DNA of 42,359 nucleotides, from the NCBI GenBank assembly GCA_023261805.1, contig JAGDXV010000022.1, positions 1-42,359 on the forward strand, written 5' to 3'. The notes under the pieces were generated by a model. It was not told the DNA's origin. It worked only from the letters and a program-made list of their open reading frames with translations, and searched no databases. Positions 1 through 12,000 of the stretch are shown piece after piece. Source of the DNA: Candidatus Parvarchaeota archaeon (GTDB lineage Archaea; Nanobdellota; Nanobdellia; Parvarchaeales; Parvarchaeaceae). Both the position numbers and the translations under genes were made by a program. Numbering within the stretch: the stretch's first letter is position 1; each line of letters starts with the position of its first letter.

Positions 1-2
1 GT

Positions 3-938
3 TTGCCGACGCAAGTGGAGGTCCCTGTGATAACGGATCTGTCAGACATATGTCAGGTTGCCCAGACAACATACAAACCAGGCGTAAATCTGAATATAGA
101 ACTGCAGCCAAGCGGTAATGGTTCTATTACCTTTTCTCTTTCACAAGGATTATTTAATACTCTTTGTAACAAAAACAGCAAAATATATCCTCACTCGATG
201 GCGACTTTCATTAATGACATAATCTCTGCAGGTAACAATGGCGGCGGATATGTGAGCATGCTTCTTCCCCCGCAGTATTCTCTCGGAATAACGGAGGGAA
301 ATAACGCAGATCTGTGCTTATTTCAGAATTTAATTCAGCCGGATGGAAATCCTTTCATGGTAACTGGAAATATCAGAGGAAGCAGGTTTTATCGGCAGAG
401 CGAGTATCCTATTCAGTATGGAAGGGAAGAAGTTTGTATCAATCTTACAAACATAACAAACGGCGCATACAGTATTAGTCTCTCGCCTCCTTCACAAAAT
501 TATCTCACAAATGGAAATCTCTCTTTCATCAATAATGCATCCGTCATCGGCTTTTCAATACCGGCCAATTCTTATCCAAATCCATTTTCTTTGGGCTCTC
601 CTTATGTGCAGGCTAACTATATCGCTTCAAATAGATTTTTTACTATAGAACCTTCACTCGGTATAACTTCTCCTTTATATAACACTTTTCTTTCAAAGTT
701 AGCTACCAAATTATCTCCTATGTTTTCGAGTACTGCTCAAGCAGCCATTTCAGCTTCATTCACATTCAGTTCTCCCGGTCCAGATCTTCTCTATTATCAA
801 ACAGGATACACAAATGTAACGTTTGAAGTGAATAAAATCGGAGACAATTATCAGCTAAGTTTTATATCAAATAAGATAGTGTTTGGAGTGTATCCAAATA
901 ATGATAATGAAATAGGAGGTACTTACACGCAAAGTTAG
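3..938 (+). CDS. Hypothetical surface/secreted protein, probably 5'-truncated by the window edge
   Basis: ORF open from the window start. S/T/N/G/Y-rich and K/E/R-poor, with several N-x-S/T sequons and Cys. Stop lies 3 nt before the next ATG. Confidence 0.6.
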   Translation: MPTQVEVPVITDLSDICQVAQTTYKPGVNLNIELQPSGNGSITFSLSQGLFNTLCNKNSKIYPHSMATFINDIISAGNNGGGYVSMLLPPQYSLGITEGNNADLCLFQNLIQPDGNPFMVTGNIRGSRFYRQSEYPIQYGREEVCINLTNITNGAYSISLSPPSQNYLTNGNLSFINNASVIGFSIPANSYPNPFSLGSPYVQANYIASNRFFTIEPSLGITSPLYNTFLSKLATKLSPMFSSTAQAAISASFTFSSPGPDLLYYQTGYTNVTFEVNKIGDNYQLSFISNKIVFGVYPNNDNEIGGTYTQS

Positions 939-941
939 GAT

Positions 942-1769
942 ATGGCTTTACCAGAGTTGATGGGGTTTGCGGATGCAGGGATACTCTTAGCAGCTTTCGC
1001 ACTGTTGCTTGTCGTTCTGTCTTACAATGTATCGCAGATCAATAGCCTTATGATATTTGCCAATGCAAAAGCATTTGTAACGGCGCTCAGCACAAGACTG
1101 GTCACCTCTCCAAACTGTTTTGCATATGAACAGCAGATGCCTTATTATAATCAGCAAGGTTACTCTGGTATTCCTGCAGACAGTGTGAGCATTCAGAGCT
1201 CTGAAACACCAGGCGTAATCAGTTTTTCAAAGTTTATCACAAATAATTTTCTTTCATGTGCTCAATACACTTATTATGGCGGTGCTACAGACGTACCCTT
1301 TAGCAAGACTCTAATACCAGATATGGTGGGTATATCCGTAACATTAACTGACACGCAGGATCCAACAGGCCTCGCTGGGCAGAGGTCGTTGACCTTGTCC
1401 AACTTTCCTCAGTATGAGTATGGATCAGCATTTGTATCCGCTGAGGAAGGTACAGCAAGGGCGGCTGAGGTCGCGGAGGCCGTGTTATTTGTAGGAAGTG
1501 TCGCAATAAATGTTGCGATAGGAGTGCTTACTGCTGGGATATCTTATGCTTCCGGTATAAATGTCAATCTCATAGGAGTACTGGGTTCAAATTCTCATAA
1601 CAGTATAGCTCCACAGTATGTTTTGTCCTATCTTTTGCTTTCAGAGAACCGGTATACAGAGTCAATACCTGTAGTGATACAATTTACCAATCCTGAAAAT
1701 CAACCAACATACACGAACTATGGTGTGATGAAGATAACAGTCTTGTACGGGACTAATTATGGAAGTTAA
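942..1769 (+). CDS. Membrane-anchored hypothetical protein, pilin-like cluster member
   Basis: N-terminal hydrophobic helix (GILLAAFALLLVVLSY), Glu at +5 (MALPE), second hydrophobic stretch AVLFVGSVAINVAIGVLTAG. Overlaps the next gene by 11 nt. Confidence 0.6.
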   Translation: MALPELMGFADAGILLAAFALLLVVLSYNVSQINSLMIFANAKAFVTALSTRLVTSPNCFAYEQQMPYYNQQGYSGIPADSVSIQSSETPGVISFSKFITNNFLSCAQYTYYGGATDVPFSKTLIPDMVGISVTLTDTQDPTGLAGQRSLTLSNFPQYEYGSAFVSAEEGTARAAEVAEAVLFVGSVAINVAIGVLTAGISYASGINVNLIGVLGSNSHNSIAPQYVLSYLLLSENRYTESIPVVIQFTNPENQPTYTNYGVMKITVLYGTNYGS

Positions 1770-2328
1770 TAGAAAAGGTCAGATAACACTGATAGATCTT
1801 ATTTTAGCGCCGTTGGTAGCGGTGATACTTTCGGTGATAGCTGTTATGATATTACAGGGATCCACATTTCATCTGATCAATGAGGTTAACATGGAGCCTA
1901 CTGTTGAAGCGTGCAACTTTGGACTTGAAACGCTTTTTTCTTCCTATTATGTTCATACAGCTTCTTCATTGCAATATCTTCAGTCAGCTCATCCGAATCA
2001 GTATGCGGTGGCCACGACAGAACCATTGCAGATCCAGACAGTAAGCTGCGGATATAATTGTTCTGTATCATATGAAGATATTCCTAACACATTGGGAACA
2101 TCATCAGATTTCTATGTAGATTTCATACAGTATTTCGATCCTTTTGCGTTGAGCGTTTTCAATGTTTCCGTTGGGGAAGATGCACCCGAAATGCAGGCCT
2201 TTGGGATGCAGGTGTTTTTGAATAGAGTACCTGCGTTGCCATATACACCATCAGAAGTATGCAGTCTCACTGTATTTAATCCGCAGGATCCAAGCAATCC
2301 ATATACTATCTATGGGGTGATGAGATAA
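1759..2328 (+). CDS. Type IV pilin-like protein with class III signal peptide
   Basis: MEVNRKG|QITLIDLILAPLVAVILSVIAVMIL fits the archaeal prepilin-peptidase motif [KR][GA]|Q followed by a hydrophobic helix. Four Cys in the globular part. Confidence 0.7.
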   Translation: MEVNRKGQITLIDLILAPLVAVILSVIAVMILQGSTFHLINEVNMEPTVEACNFGLETLFSSYYVHTASSLQYLQSAHPNQYAVATTEPLQIQTVSCGYNCSVSYEDIPNTLGTSSDFYVDFIQYFDPFALSVFNVSVGEDAPEMQAFGMQVFLNRVPALPYTPSEVCSLTVFNPQDPSNPYTIYGVMR

Positions 2329-5300
2329 TGAGTAAGAAAGGTCAGGTCAATATAATCGCAGTAATAGGGATGATAGCAGCGACAATAATTGCGCTGATGA
2401 ACCTGATGAACTACGTTAATGAATTAGGTCTCAGCTCAGCAATATACATAAACGCACAAAACAGCATCTATCAGGTGGCGGGGATGAAGGATTATATCCT
2501 TCAGCAAGCTCAGTACAACTTTGATAAGGCACAGTTGATGACTGGATTGAATCTTGTGCCATCAACAACTTCATGCGGTTATATAAATGGGACACAGCTA
2601 CTTCCACAATTGGGAATTCCGAAGATATACTATTGGAACACACCTTCTGGTCAGACATGCTTGCCTTACAATTCAGAGATAGAATATGCGATACTTAAGA
2701 TATTGAGTCAACCAAGCTTTTCAACGATTCCCGTGAATAACAGTCCTGACTTCAAAGAGTACATTGACATAAATTTAACACATGAGTCAGGTGATCTGTA
2801 TCAAGGTTCATTCACCTCGCCTGTTTTCAATGGGCAATATGTAATAACTTTGGATAAGTCTCAGGACACCGTCAGTGTGACCTATAATGGTAATACTGTC
2901 GCATCCGGCCCGGTTCTATCCACATATCTTTCTATCGGAAATTACTCCTTCCTTTTGGGTCCGGTTGAGAGCACAGTAACAGGAGTATTAAATCAACCGG
3001 CATATCAGGCATCTTTCTTTTCAGGGTCCTTTGTTTCTCCAAGTTCTCAGTACGGTCTGATAACTTTCAATGGTCAGCAGGCGATAGTATATAGCAACCA
3101 GACAAACGGAATGTTTTCATTCCATTTAGCTATTCTCCAAAATCCGTATGCATACACCCTTTCAGAGGCAGATGGAGGGAAAGTTTATAACCTCATAAAC
3201 GGATCAGACACGACTATAGATGGTGAGCCGTATCTTTTCCTTATTACAAACGATACAAACGGGATATTTTCCCTCTCTCCAGTTGATTACACAACTCTTG
3301 CGATCCAGCCCAATTTTGTCTTCATGAAATACCTTGTTAATTCCTTCCAATTGTCAGGTAGTCAGAATCTCCTATTCCCATCGGAAAAGAATCTGTATGT
3401 ATCCCTTTTCACATTTCCTCTGTATAATCCGCAGGTCTGTGTTTCCTCGAATGTAGGCACCTTTTCTATACAGGACTGCTTAAGTCTCGCCGGGCAGGTC
3501 TCTTCGCAGGATTATCTTAGCAATCTTTTGCAGCTGAGCATCGCCTTCGTAAATCAGTCTTTTCCTATCGGTCAGATAAGCATACAGGGCTTTCCGCAGT
3601 ATCTGATATACAATTATCTGGAAAATGTTATCCATGGCGTAAACATGAGGACGGTCTCCGTGAACGGAAGGCCGAAATATGATTGGTACTCATCATTGAT
3701 TTTTGCGATAGGGTCACCGAATGGGCAACAGTATTTGGAGAATGAGATAAGTTGTGCGAAGGAAAATTATTATGGCACTACAATATACGATTGTTCACAA
3801 ACTCCTTCCTGTCTGAGTACATGCAGAAGTGTTCTTTCACAGACCCTTGGATACGCCATCAACAATCTGCTCAGCAATCAAGAGCAGGAGGAATTAAGTT
3901 TCTTGAGCGGTTATCCATTCTCTGTGAGTGTATTGAATGTATCAGTTTCAGCAGCGGAAGCGGCCAACTGTGGAAGCGGAAGTGCATCGTACAGTTATAC
4001 ATATCAGCCCCCTTCATCAGCAGGAACATCATCAGAAGAAGTATTAGGTGTTCCCATCTCTCTTATATTTGGTTACAAAAATGGACTCAAGCTCACACCA
4101 ACTGAGGGCTGCGGTTTACAGGAGGACCCTCAAACAGCCTGTTATCCTGGCTTCTCAACCACTTTGTCTGGAAATTCCAAATCTGGTTTTGATATATTCT
4201 CTTGCTGCTCACCGATATTAGCAAACCAATTCCTAAATAGGACATGCATCGCTAACCTTGGTACGAATAACAGAGCAGTAGCAGAATACATAAACTACTC
4301 AACCGGCCCTCAAAACAACGGTATATGTAGCGCAGGGACGCAAGATGGGCAAACTTATTACTATTGCAATCATTTTATTTTTAATGAAACGAATCCCCTG
4401 TTCGAACCGCAAGGATATATATCGGATTGGGTTCTTCACAGCAATTCCTGTCCAAGTACGATAACTATCGCTGGCCAAACTTTCTCTCAAGGAAATAAGG
4501 ATTACGATATATTATCAGAATACGGCGGTGGTACAAGTCAACCGACTTACTCCCTTTACAACTGGACTTCAGCTTACATTGACAATTTGGATTTGGCAAA
4601 CATATCCGTTCACATGTCAGCAAATTTGGGCGGTGCTGCACCGAACTTAGCCGTCATATTCTCCAGCGGGAATATATCATCTTCTCAGAAGCTCAGTTCT
4701 CCAGCCTTTGCGGTCGATGTGGACATACATGACGGCTCAACCTTTGCTTATAATTCTAATGCAGGGATGATGACAAATGTAGGTGCCGGGGCCGTATACG
4801 CATCCACTGGAAATAATCAAGTGGTCGTTGATAAATCTTGTCTGTCGGGCGAGTGTACTGTGGTGGCCTACGAGAATTCAAGGGAAGCTCTGAATCAATC
4901 CTTCTCCAGCGGTAGCGAGACAGAATCGCTAGGAATATCAACAGGTTCATTACCGTCAAATGTTATTGTACCTGAGTTTTTCGTTACAAATTACTTCCCA
5001 AGCTATGCACCAAAAATAATCATATCATCATATCAGCCAGCCACATTTTTGAATCGTGGCCTGCCAAGCGCAAGTGCTTTTAATATAAGCTACAAATATT
5101 TGGGTCAGACTTACTTCAACGTGATTTCTATAGAAAACGGCAGGAAGTTACCTGCATCCTATCAGCTTGAGGTTCCCCTGACCTCACAGTTTTATGTTTC
5201 ACAGATGTTTCCCAACGAGATAAAAGTTTTTGCAGTATATTCACTTGGAAATGTTAAAGAATTAAGCTGGTGGAATGAGACACCAATCTCTGTTGGGTCT

Positions 5301-6017
5301 CCGCTATGGATAAATATCACAAACAATCCTCCAAGAACCATTTACATTGTCTATGGTCAGGGCGTTGCGTACAACAGTGATTCATACGCTGACAATGGAT
5401 CAAAAGTTTTTCCAGTCTTCTTTTCGAACATCACTCTTCCTTCATCCGAGAGCTTTTCCTTGCTTTATCCTGCAATGCCGTCAGATAATTCGACCGTCAG
5501 CAGCGCCGGACTAGTCCTTCAGCAGAATTCACCCATTCCGCCTTACATTTACAACGTAAGCAGCGGAAGGTTCTATGAGCAATTCGCCTGTGTTACGAAG
5601 TCCTCTATGCTACTCGTAAATGCTTCTTATGCATCTTCATTGCCTTCTATTAACCTTCAGGATCTTTATGGAGCATATGATCCTCTTTATCCAAATCTTT
5701 ATATAATAGGAACTTCCACCCCCTCGGCTCAAGCATCTTCTTTTGTAACAACTTTCTACGCTACCAATTTGCTGCAAGGTGCAACTTGGGAAGTAACTTA
5801 TGATGGAATAGAGAAAACGTCTACAAATCCAACCATCTCTTTCGTCACCCCTCTGGGAACTTATCCGTTTACGATAGGTGGGTCGGTTGCCATTTCTACG
5901 TGCTATGACTATTTTGGAGCTCCTTCTGTGACGAGTGGAAATGAGCTTGCTGGCGGTTCAGTCAGTGTGACCTATGATTATCATGGGGTTCCAACCCATG
6001 CTCCGGGGTGCGGATGA
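2328..6017 (+). CDS. Large (1229 aa) pilin-like surface protein with class III signal peptide, DUF2341-like segment and C-terminal acidophile-type beta module
   Basis: MSKKG|QVNIIAVIGMIAATIIALM. TAATG stop/start overlap with the previous gene. DUF2341-like YQLEVPL...ELSWWNE...LWINI...TIYIVYG...DNGSKVF. C-terminal TFYATNLLQGATWEVTYDG...TISF...GTYPFTI. Confidence 0.7.
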   Translation: MSKKGQVNIIAVIGMIAATIIALMNLMNYVNELGLSSAIYINAQNSIYQVAGMKDYILQQAQYNFDKAQLMTGLNLVPSTTSCGYINGTQLLPQLGIPKIYYWNTPSGQTCLPYNSEIEYAILKILSQPSFSTIPVNNSPDFKEYIDINLTHESGDLYQGSFTSPVFNGQYVITLDKSQDTVSVTYNGNTVASGPVLSTYLSIGNYSFLLGPVESTVTGVLNQPAYQASFFSGSFVSPSSQYGLITFNGQQAIVYSNQTNGMFSFHLAILQNPYAYTLSEADGGKVYNLINGSDTTIDGEPYLFLITNDTNGIFSLSPVDYTTLAIQPNFVFMKYLVNSFQLSGSQNLLFPSEKNLYVSLFTFPLYNPQVCVSSNVGTFSIQDCLSLAGQVSSQDYLSNLLQLSIAFVNQSFPIGQISIQGFPQYLIYNYLENVIHGVNMRTVSVNGRPKYDWYSSLIFAIGSPNGQQYLENEISCAKENYYGTTIYDCSQTPSCLSTCRSVLSQTLGYAINNLLSNQEQEELSFLSGYPFSVSVLNVSVSAAEAANCGSGSASYSYTYQPPSSAGTSSEEVLGVPISLIFGYKNGLKLTPTEGCGLQEDPQTACYPGFSTTLSGNSKSGFDIFSCCSPILANQFLNRTCIANLGTNNRAVAEYINYSTGPQNNGICSAGTQDGQTYYYCNHFIFNETNPLFEPQGYISDWVLHSNSCPSTITIAGQTFSQGNKDYDILSEYGGGTSQPTYSLYNWTSAYIDNLDLANISVHMSANLGGAAPNLAVIFSSGNISSSQKLSSPAFAVDVDIHDGSTFAYNSNAGMMTNVGAGAVYASTGNNQVVVDKSCLSGECTVVAYENSREALNQSFSSGSETESLGISTGSLPSNVIVPEFFVTNYFPSYAPKIIISSYQPATFLNRGLPSASAFNISYKYLGQTYFNVISIENGRKLPASYQLEVPLTSQFYVSQMFPNEIKVFAVYSLGNVKELSWWNETPISVGSPLWINITNNPPRTIYIVYGQGVAYNSDSYADNGSKVFPVFFSNITLPSSESFSLLYPAMPSDNSTVSSAGLVLQQNSPIPPYIYNVSSGRFYEQFACVTKSSMLLVNASYASSLPSINLQDLYGAYDPLYPNLYIIGTSTPSAQASSFVTTFYATNLLQGATWEVTYDGIEKTSTNPTISFVTPLGTYPFTIGGSVAISTCYDYFGAPSVTSGNELAGGSVSVTYDYHGVPTHAPGCG

Positions 6018-6089
6018 AAAGATAAATATGAGATACGGGAAAAATCTTAATAGTGAGCGGCTTGGCGAACAGAATCACAAGGTGGTGAT

Positions 6090-9000
6090 ATGGCAATAAC
6101 AAGACTGAATGGTTTTCTACTGTCTATCCTTTTTTTATTAGTTATAGTTTTCGTTTTCAGTTTTTCTGCGAGTAGAAATACTGTTAATTCTACTCCTGTA
6201 GGTAACTCCATTTTATCTCCATATGTATTATCGAGCTTAAACAAAACAGTTTCAAGTGTTGATTCAATAAGCAGTCTGGATCCATCATTTTCAAATTTGA
6301 TATCCAATAATGAGTATATTTGTCCTTCTTATCCATGCGCCTTGAACAGCAGCATTTGGAACACTTACTCCCAACTTGCTGAACAATCAGGAACACTTTC
6401 AAGTATCTTCTCAATTTTAACAACCAGTATCCTTGGTATACTCTCCGTTCCTTTGAACAACGGATTCGATCAAGTTAACCAGTTTATACCAGGTGCCGTA
6501 AGTGGCACTACCTGCATTGCTCCATCCTCATTTTCTTATTATGGCCCTTTTTTGCCGTCTGGTTCGACTGACACTTCATACAGTGATTTCACGGGCTTCT
6601 TTGGATATCCTCAGGAGAGTACTATCACGCCAGAATATAATGTCAAATTTCCTTCTTTGTTTTCTGGGATAATAAATCTGACGGAAGTATTGACTTTTAA
6701 TCTAGCTGAGGGCAGTGTTAGATCTCCTTATGATGAACCAGGTTCAAAGGGAGTCTATAACATAATTGAATGGGGTCAGAGCTCGCTTCACTATTATCCT
6801 GGCACTAGTTACATGTATGCGGAGAGCACTGATGCAGATCTTTATGTGAATGCATCGCCCGGTCAATCCAGTATGATATCTGGGAACACTTTTATAGTGC
6901 CTGCAATATCTTGCGGTGCAACTGCTACTCCGCCCGTTTTAATCGGCACGACGTATGCAGTTCCTCTAACTTCCGGGTTTGTACCCGCTGTTGGTCTGGC
7001 GGCACAGTCTTCAGTAGGATCGATAGTTAAATCACTTGTTGTAAACGAGTTTTCGAGTGATGACATGTTCTGGTCTTTTTATCAGTATGAGGGCCAGTTC
7101 CCGCAGCTTGCTGTTAAAACACTGAAATCGGATTTCAACTTCACTGAGCCCTCGTTGAATTATGCCGCTTTTCCACCTGGAAACAATGGGGATTCACAAT
7201 ATATTAACAATTCAGGTTTCTTTTCGGTTCCTGTTAATGCAACTTTATTCTTTGGGCAGCAGTTTAATCAGCAGAACTTCTTTGTGTACGAAAGCAACAA
7301 TACAATTTTAACATATCAAACAAGTTCAGATACTCCATCCCTTGCAGATGCTACTAAGGTTTCAAATGTTTCAGCATATTCTGTCCCGAACTTAGTGCCT
7401 GCATATTGGCCTTTCTTAGGCGTATTCGGGGGTTCTTTTGGGTCGAGTAGCGGTCCAGATCCTGCTCTCATATACGATACTTTCAAGGTAGATGGGATTC
7501 TCCCGGTTTGTAATATCGGAAATGGGTACAGTTACTGCACCATGAACAACGCAACGAGCGTAAATCCGATATCACCATACAGGCTTTGGGATTATGAAGT
7601 TAGTGGAAATACTTATAGAACAGGATCAATGTTTGGTGGCAGAACAACAACTCAAAACATAGGAACTTGCCATAACGGAATATGTGCTGTTCAGCCGCAG
7701 TCATATTCTGAGCCGCTGAATCAAAATCCGTATGCTCCGGGTTACGATCCGAACGATGTTTACATTAATACTCTGGAAGAAGATGCTCTGAACAGTTTCT
7801 GTTTCTATGGAGATAATTTTGATACATCAACCGGAGTTTACGATTCGCCGAGCTATACAAGGATAATTCCTCCTCTTTCATCAGAGAACTACACTGTAGC
7901 TTTAGGGAAGTGTAATGGCTTTTTCAATAGCACGGATTGCTTTGGCAGTAGTAATGGGAACTATCTCAATTTTGAATCGGGAATATTTTTATCCAAAGTT
8001 TCATGTACATCAAACGGGATATATCCAACTAATGTTACAGATGCATGGATAAGCAGCGTATCGATAGCTAACAATGCTGGGCAATTCTGTGGTTACTTCG
8101 GTGGTAAGAAGGCTCCAGTGAATCCAGTGACGTTTACTGGACTAGGTCAGCTTTATGCCAACAACACAGTTTTCACCGATACGGTTTCCTCCTGTCCTAG
8201 TTTTAATAACGGTTCTGCTTATGTCAATCTACTCGTGACGGTCCAAAACGTTGGTAATTCCTACATCACTGCCCCCTATTTGTATGTTTTGTATGGAAAT
8301 GTTCAACCGAGTCAGATGTTTTATGCAGAGCAGAATACACCGCAAAATGATTACGAGCTTTATCAGACTTTTCTTCTGAACATGAACTCTCAGTCAAGTG
8401 GGCTGATCCAATTGAGATATCTTAATGGGGGACCGCAAGAAGACATGTTCTTCTCAAGGCCCGGAAATTCAGCTCAGGATATCCCTATCTCCGAACTGTT
8501 TTCTGGGGATCAGGAGTATGTAAACGGTCCATACAACAATTCGCTGTTAGGAATGTGGCTGGATTATAATGGAAAAATAATAAGGACTTCGAATACCTTT
8601 CTGTCTTACTCCAATTCAGGCAATACTTTTCCAACTGTTATAATACCTGGAGGAAAGGCATCCTTTGATATAGAAATTCCCCTTCCAGTTTTTGAGATGC
8701 TTCTGAAGAACAACGAAAAGATAGGGATATACTTTGGAAACATGTTCAATGTTAATTGGTGGAACACACAGATTGGTCAACAATACGTTCCTTCAAGCAC
8801 CTCAAACTCAACTTATACCCACAATACTGAATATCTTGATCCTTCATCTTCTTATCCTATGCCGATCTGGCAATACATAGTCGGATCGGAGATGAACATT
8901 GGAAATTCTGTTTTCAAATCCGTTTCAATCTACTCGGATAGTTTCAGTTTGTCGGTTTCGGCTGATAACAATAATGCAAGCATACTTGATTTGGGTGTCA

Positions 9001-12000
9001 GTACAAACATATTGAAATTCAATGGAAGCGGTTTGTATAACCTGACTAAGATTCAAGAGGGATCGAACGGCGTCGGTCCTTTATCAGGTTCTTCTTTGAC
9101 CTGCTTTGCTACGCAGGACAACATGAACGACTTTGACGTTTTCTGGAGCGTTCACGCGGCTTCGTCATCAAATCTTAAGTTTTTGATGGAGAAATACTAC
9201 GGTGAAAATGCCTATCAAAATGAGATAATTAATATTTGGCGTGGGCTTGTATTCATGCCGTATGCTTCGAATGTCGTTTTGAACTACAATAATCTCCCGT
9301 ACTTCCCAACTGATACGGCATCCTTTTCTCTGGAGGAGCCTGCTATTAATTCTTCTTCTACCGTGAATCAAAAGATCGGTTTCGTTTCGCTTCAGGAGAC
9401 CGGGGAACAATCCTCCCTGAAGGCGCTTTCCGATGTTTATCATACGCTAAATACGACGAGAGTGAATATTTCGCAGGCTTTTCCTACGCCAGCAAGTATG
9501 TACGGTTTCTCGATATCTGCCCTCGTCCCAATTAAAAATCAATCGATTCTGAAGATAGGCGCTATGACTCAGGTATCGAATTCTTCTCCTTTCTCCGATA
9601 TTCCGGTATCTATCACTTTGCTTAATGCTGATGGATCCACTTGTTTGTCTGGAGTGTATCCGACAGATCAGTATGGTGTTGTCAATATCACAGAAGCATG
9701 CAGTGGACTGGAAGGCGGTAAGGCCATAATTACTTCTCCTTCAGGGCCGTTCAGCGTCACAATGTATAACAATACTCCTTTGAATATCACAAATACCTCC
9801 TATAACGGAGCCATGGTTGTGGCCGGGAATTTCTCTAGCTTTTCTTCCAACAACGGGTATAGAGTTACTTTGAACTTGGCCAATTCGGTTTTCAACGGTA
9901 ATGGAGTCTCATTTACGTTCTCCTATATTCCGGAATCGTTAGTTTACAAAAATTCCTTGCTCTATCTGTATTATCTTAATGGGACTCCATTTAACTGTAA
10001 TCCCGTGGATGAAAACATCTTCGGGGTTAGCACTTTGGCTCCTGGAGAATACAGACTTTACAATGGCTCAATACTTTGTTCAATCAATTCTCCATTCAAC
10101 TATCTCCGTGCTGTCTTTTTCAACGTCACAAACGGCGCATATCTTGGTGGAGGAGACATAGAAAGTGGATTGATGATAGCATACAATCAATCTTCGCAGG
10201 GCAATTTGTTGAAGTTTTGGTATAATGGCAAGCCAGTGACTTCCCAGGACGTCAACATGTCGGAAATATTTCCATCTCAATCACCGCCATATTATACAGC
10301 AAACAGTTGTGTTCAAAACCAGCTGATCACGAATGGTGTCCTTAATCTATCTGATTCAAGTGTGTCTTCTTGCAGTTCACTGGGAAATGGGCAAAATTAT
10401 ACTATTGATTTATATGTTAGTTCTGGTGGGGTAATGACGAAGGTCTCCGCTGCAATTTTCAATCTGTCTTTGCCGGCATCGGGAAGTGGGATGATTTCGA
10501 TGTCTCCGCAAGTAGTTTTGGATGCTCCATCGGGCATACAGAACTTAACTATAAACAATCCTAGTGTACCTACCCCTGTCTTCTTCAGCGTGGCTTCAAC
10601 CGCTGTTACATCTTGCAACGACATCAGGTTAATACAACCGAGTGGAAATGCATTCCCATATGAGGAAATTCCTTTCCAGGTAGTTTCAAATGTAAGTCTA
10701 TGCGATTATGTGTTTATTGCCCGGCCATCTTTATCTGGGAGTAAGATAACATATGAAATCTATAGGTCGACGCAACCGGCGATCCCATACTCATCTAATT
10801 GGGGTAGCTTTTCGAATGATGTTTACTATTATAAAATTAAAGCTGATAACTATTCAGCGGATCTTCTTCCGAATTGTATGGCCTCTTTGGGTCCTTGTCT
10901 TTCTAATGTCACCGCTTTTGGAAAGTCTGTTGGTACTTTGCTTTTGAACAATGCTTCCGCTTATTCTACTGAAATGAGACCGGTGGCAAGCGGGCCAGTC
11001 ATGAACTGCATAGACGTTTTGTATACTTCCTCATATACATTAAAGCTTCCGGTCAGCGGGTTTGGAGGATTAAATTACAACCTTAATAGACTTTATCAGA
11101 TAGCCACTCCTTCTCAGCAGATAATAAGTTCTTACTGTTTCTTTAGAGGAAGCGACGTTATCCTTGATTATATTTCAATGACGGGCCCTCAAGTTCCGTT
11201 TAGTTTAGAAAATAAACTTAACACTACTTTCATATCTGCTCAGTCTGGAAATGGTTTATCAATGGGCCTTCCAAAGCCAATCTCTACCTCTTGCCTAAGC
11301 AGTACGACAGCTTCATATACAACGACGACTGTTGGTGTTGGTGGAAGCACAACAACCTATGTTATCTCCCCAAACTGTTTGTCAATACCTCCTCCGCCTC
11401 AAGAACCCAACATGAAAAATGTTACATTGCCAAGCTCCTATTTCAATACAGCTAATGGTCCGTTTTTCTGTCTTGGTCAAACCTATCCAACTTATACACC
11501 TCAATTTGAATTTTACTCCACTGGTACACAAGCTGATTCGTATGGAAATTACAACAATATGTCTGGCGGTCTAAGTTACCTTTATACTCCTGGTAATTAT
11601 AGTATCACAACTCAGTATGGAAATACGATATACTATGATACTTGCATACCACCGAGTGGAACTGCGGAGACTGTAAATACGCTCAATGAGCCAAAGTTCT
11701 ATTTTGGTTCTTCAATTGGGCAGCCATATGATGGCTCTTCAGGGGAAAATTATCTTGAGAAAAACGTGGCGATGACAGCGATTAAGAACACAGGTGTTTC
11801 AAGCAACATACTCTTTAATCCAAATGGCGGTGAACTCATAGGAAAGTGTCCGATCAATACATCGATAAGTGATTACACATTTTGTATCAAGCCTGTAGGA
11901 AGCCAGTACTTTTATCCAACCAATTCATATCCAGGTGGACTTGAAGGGCTTCCAAATAATCGTTCGAGTGTTTACAATTATCCAATAGGGGGCGGCTGCC

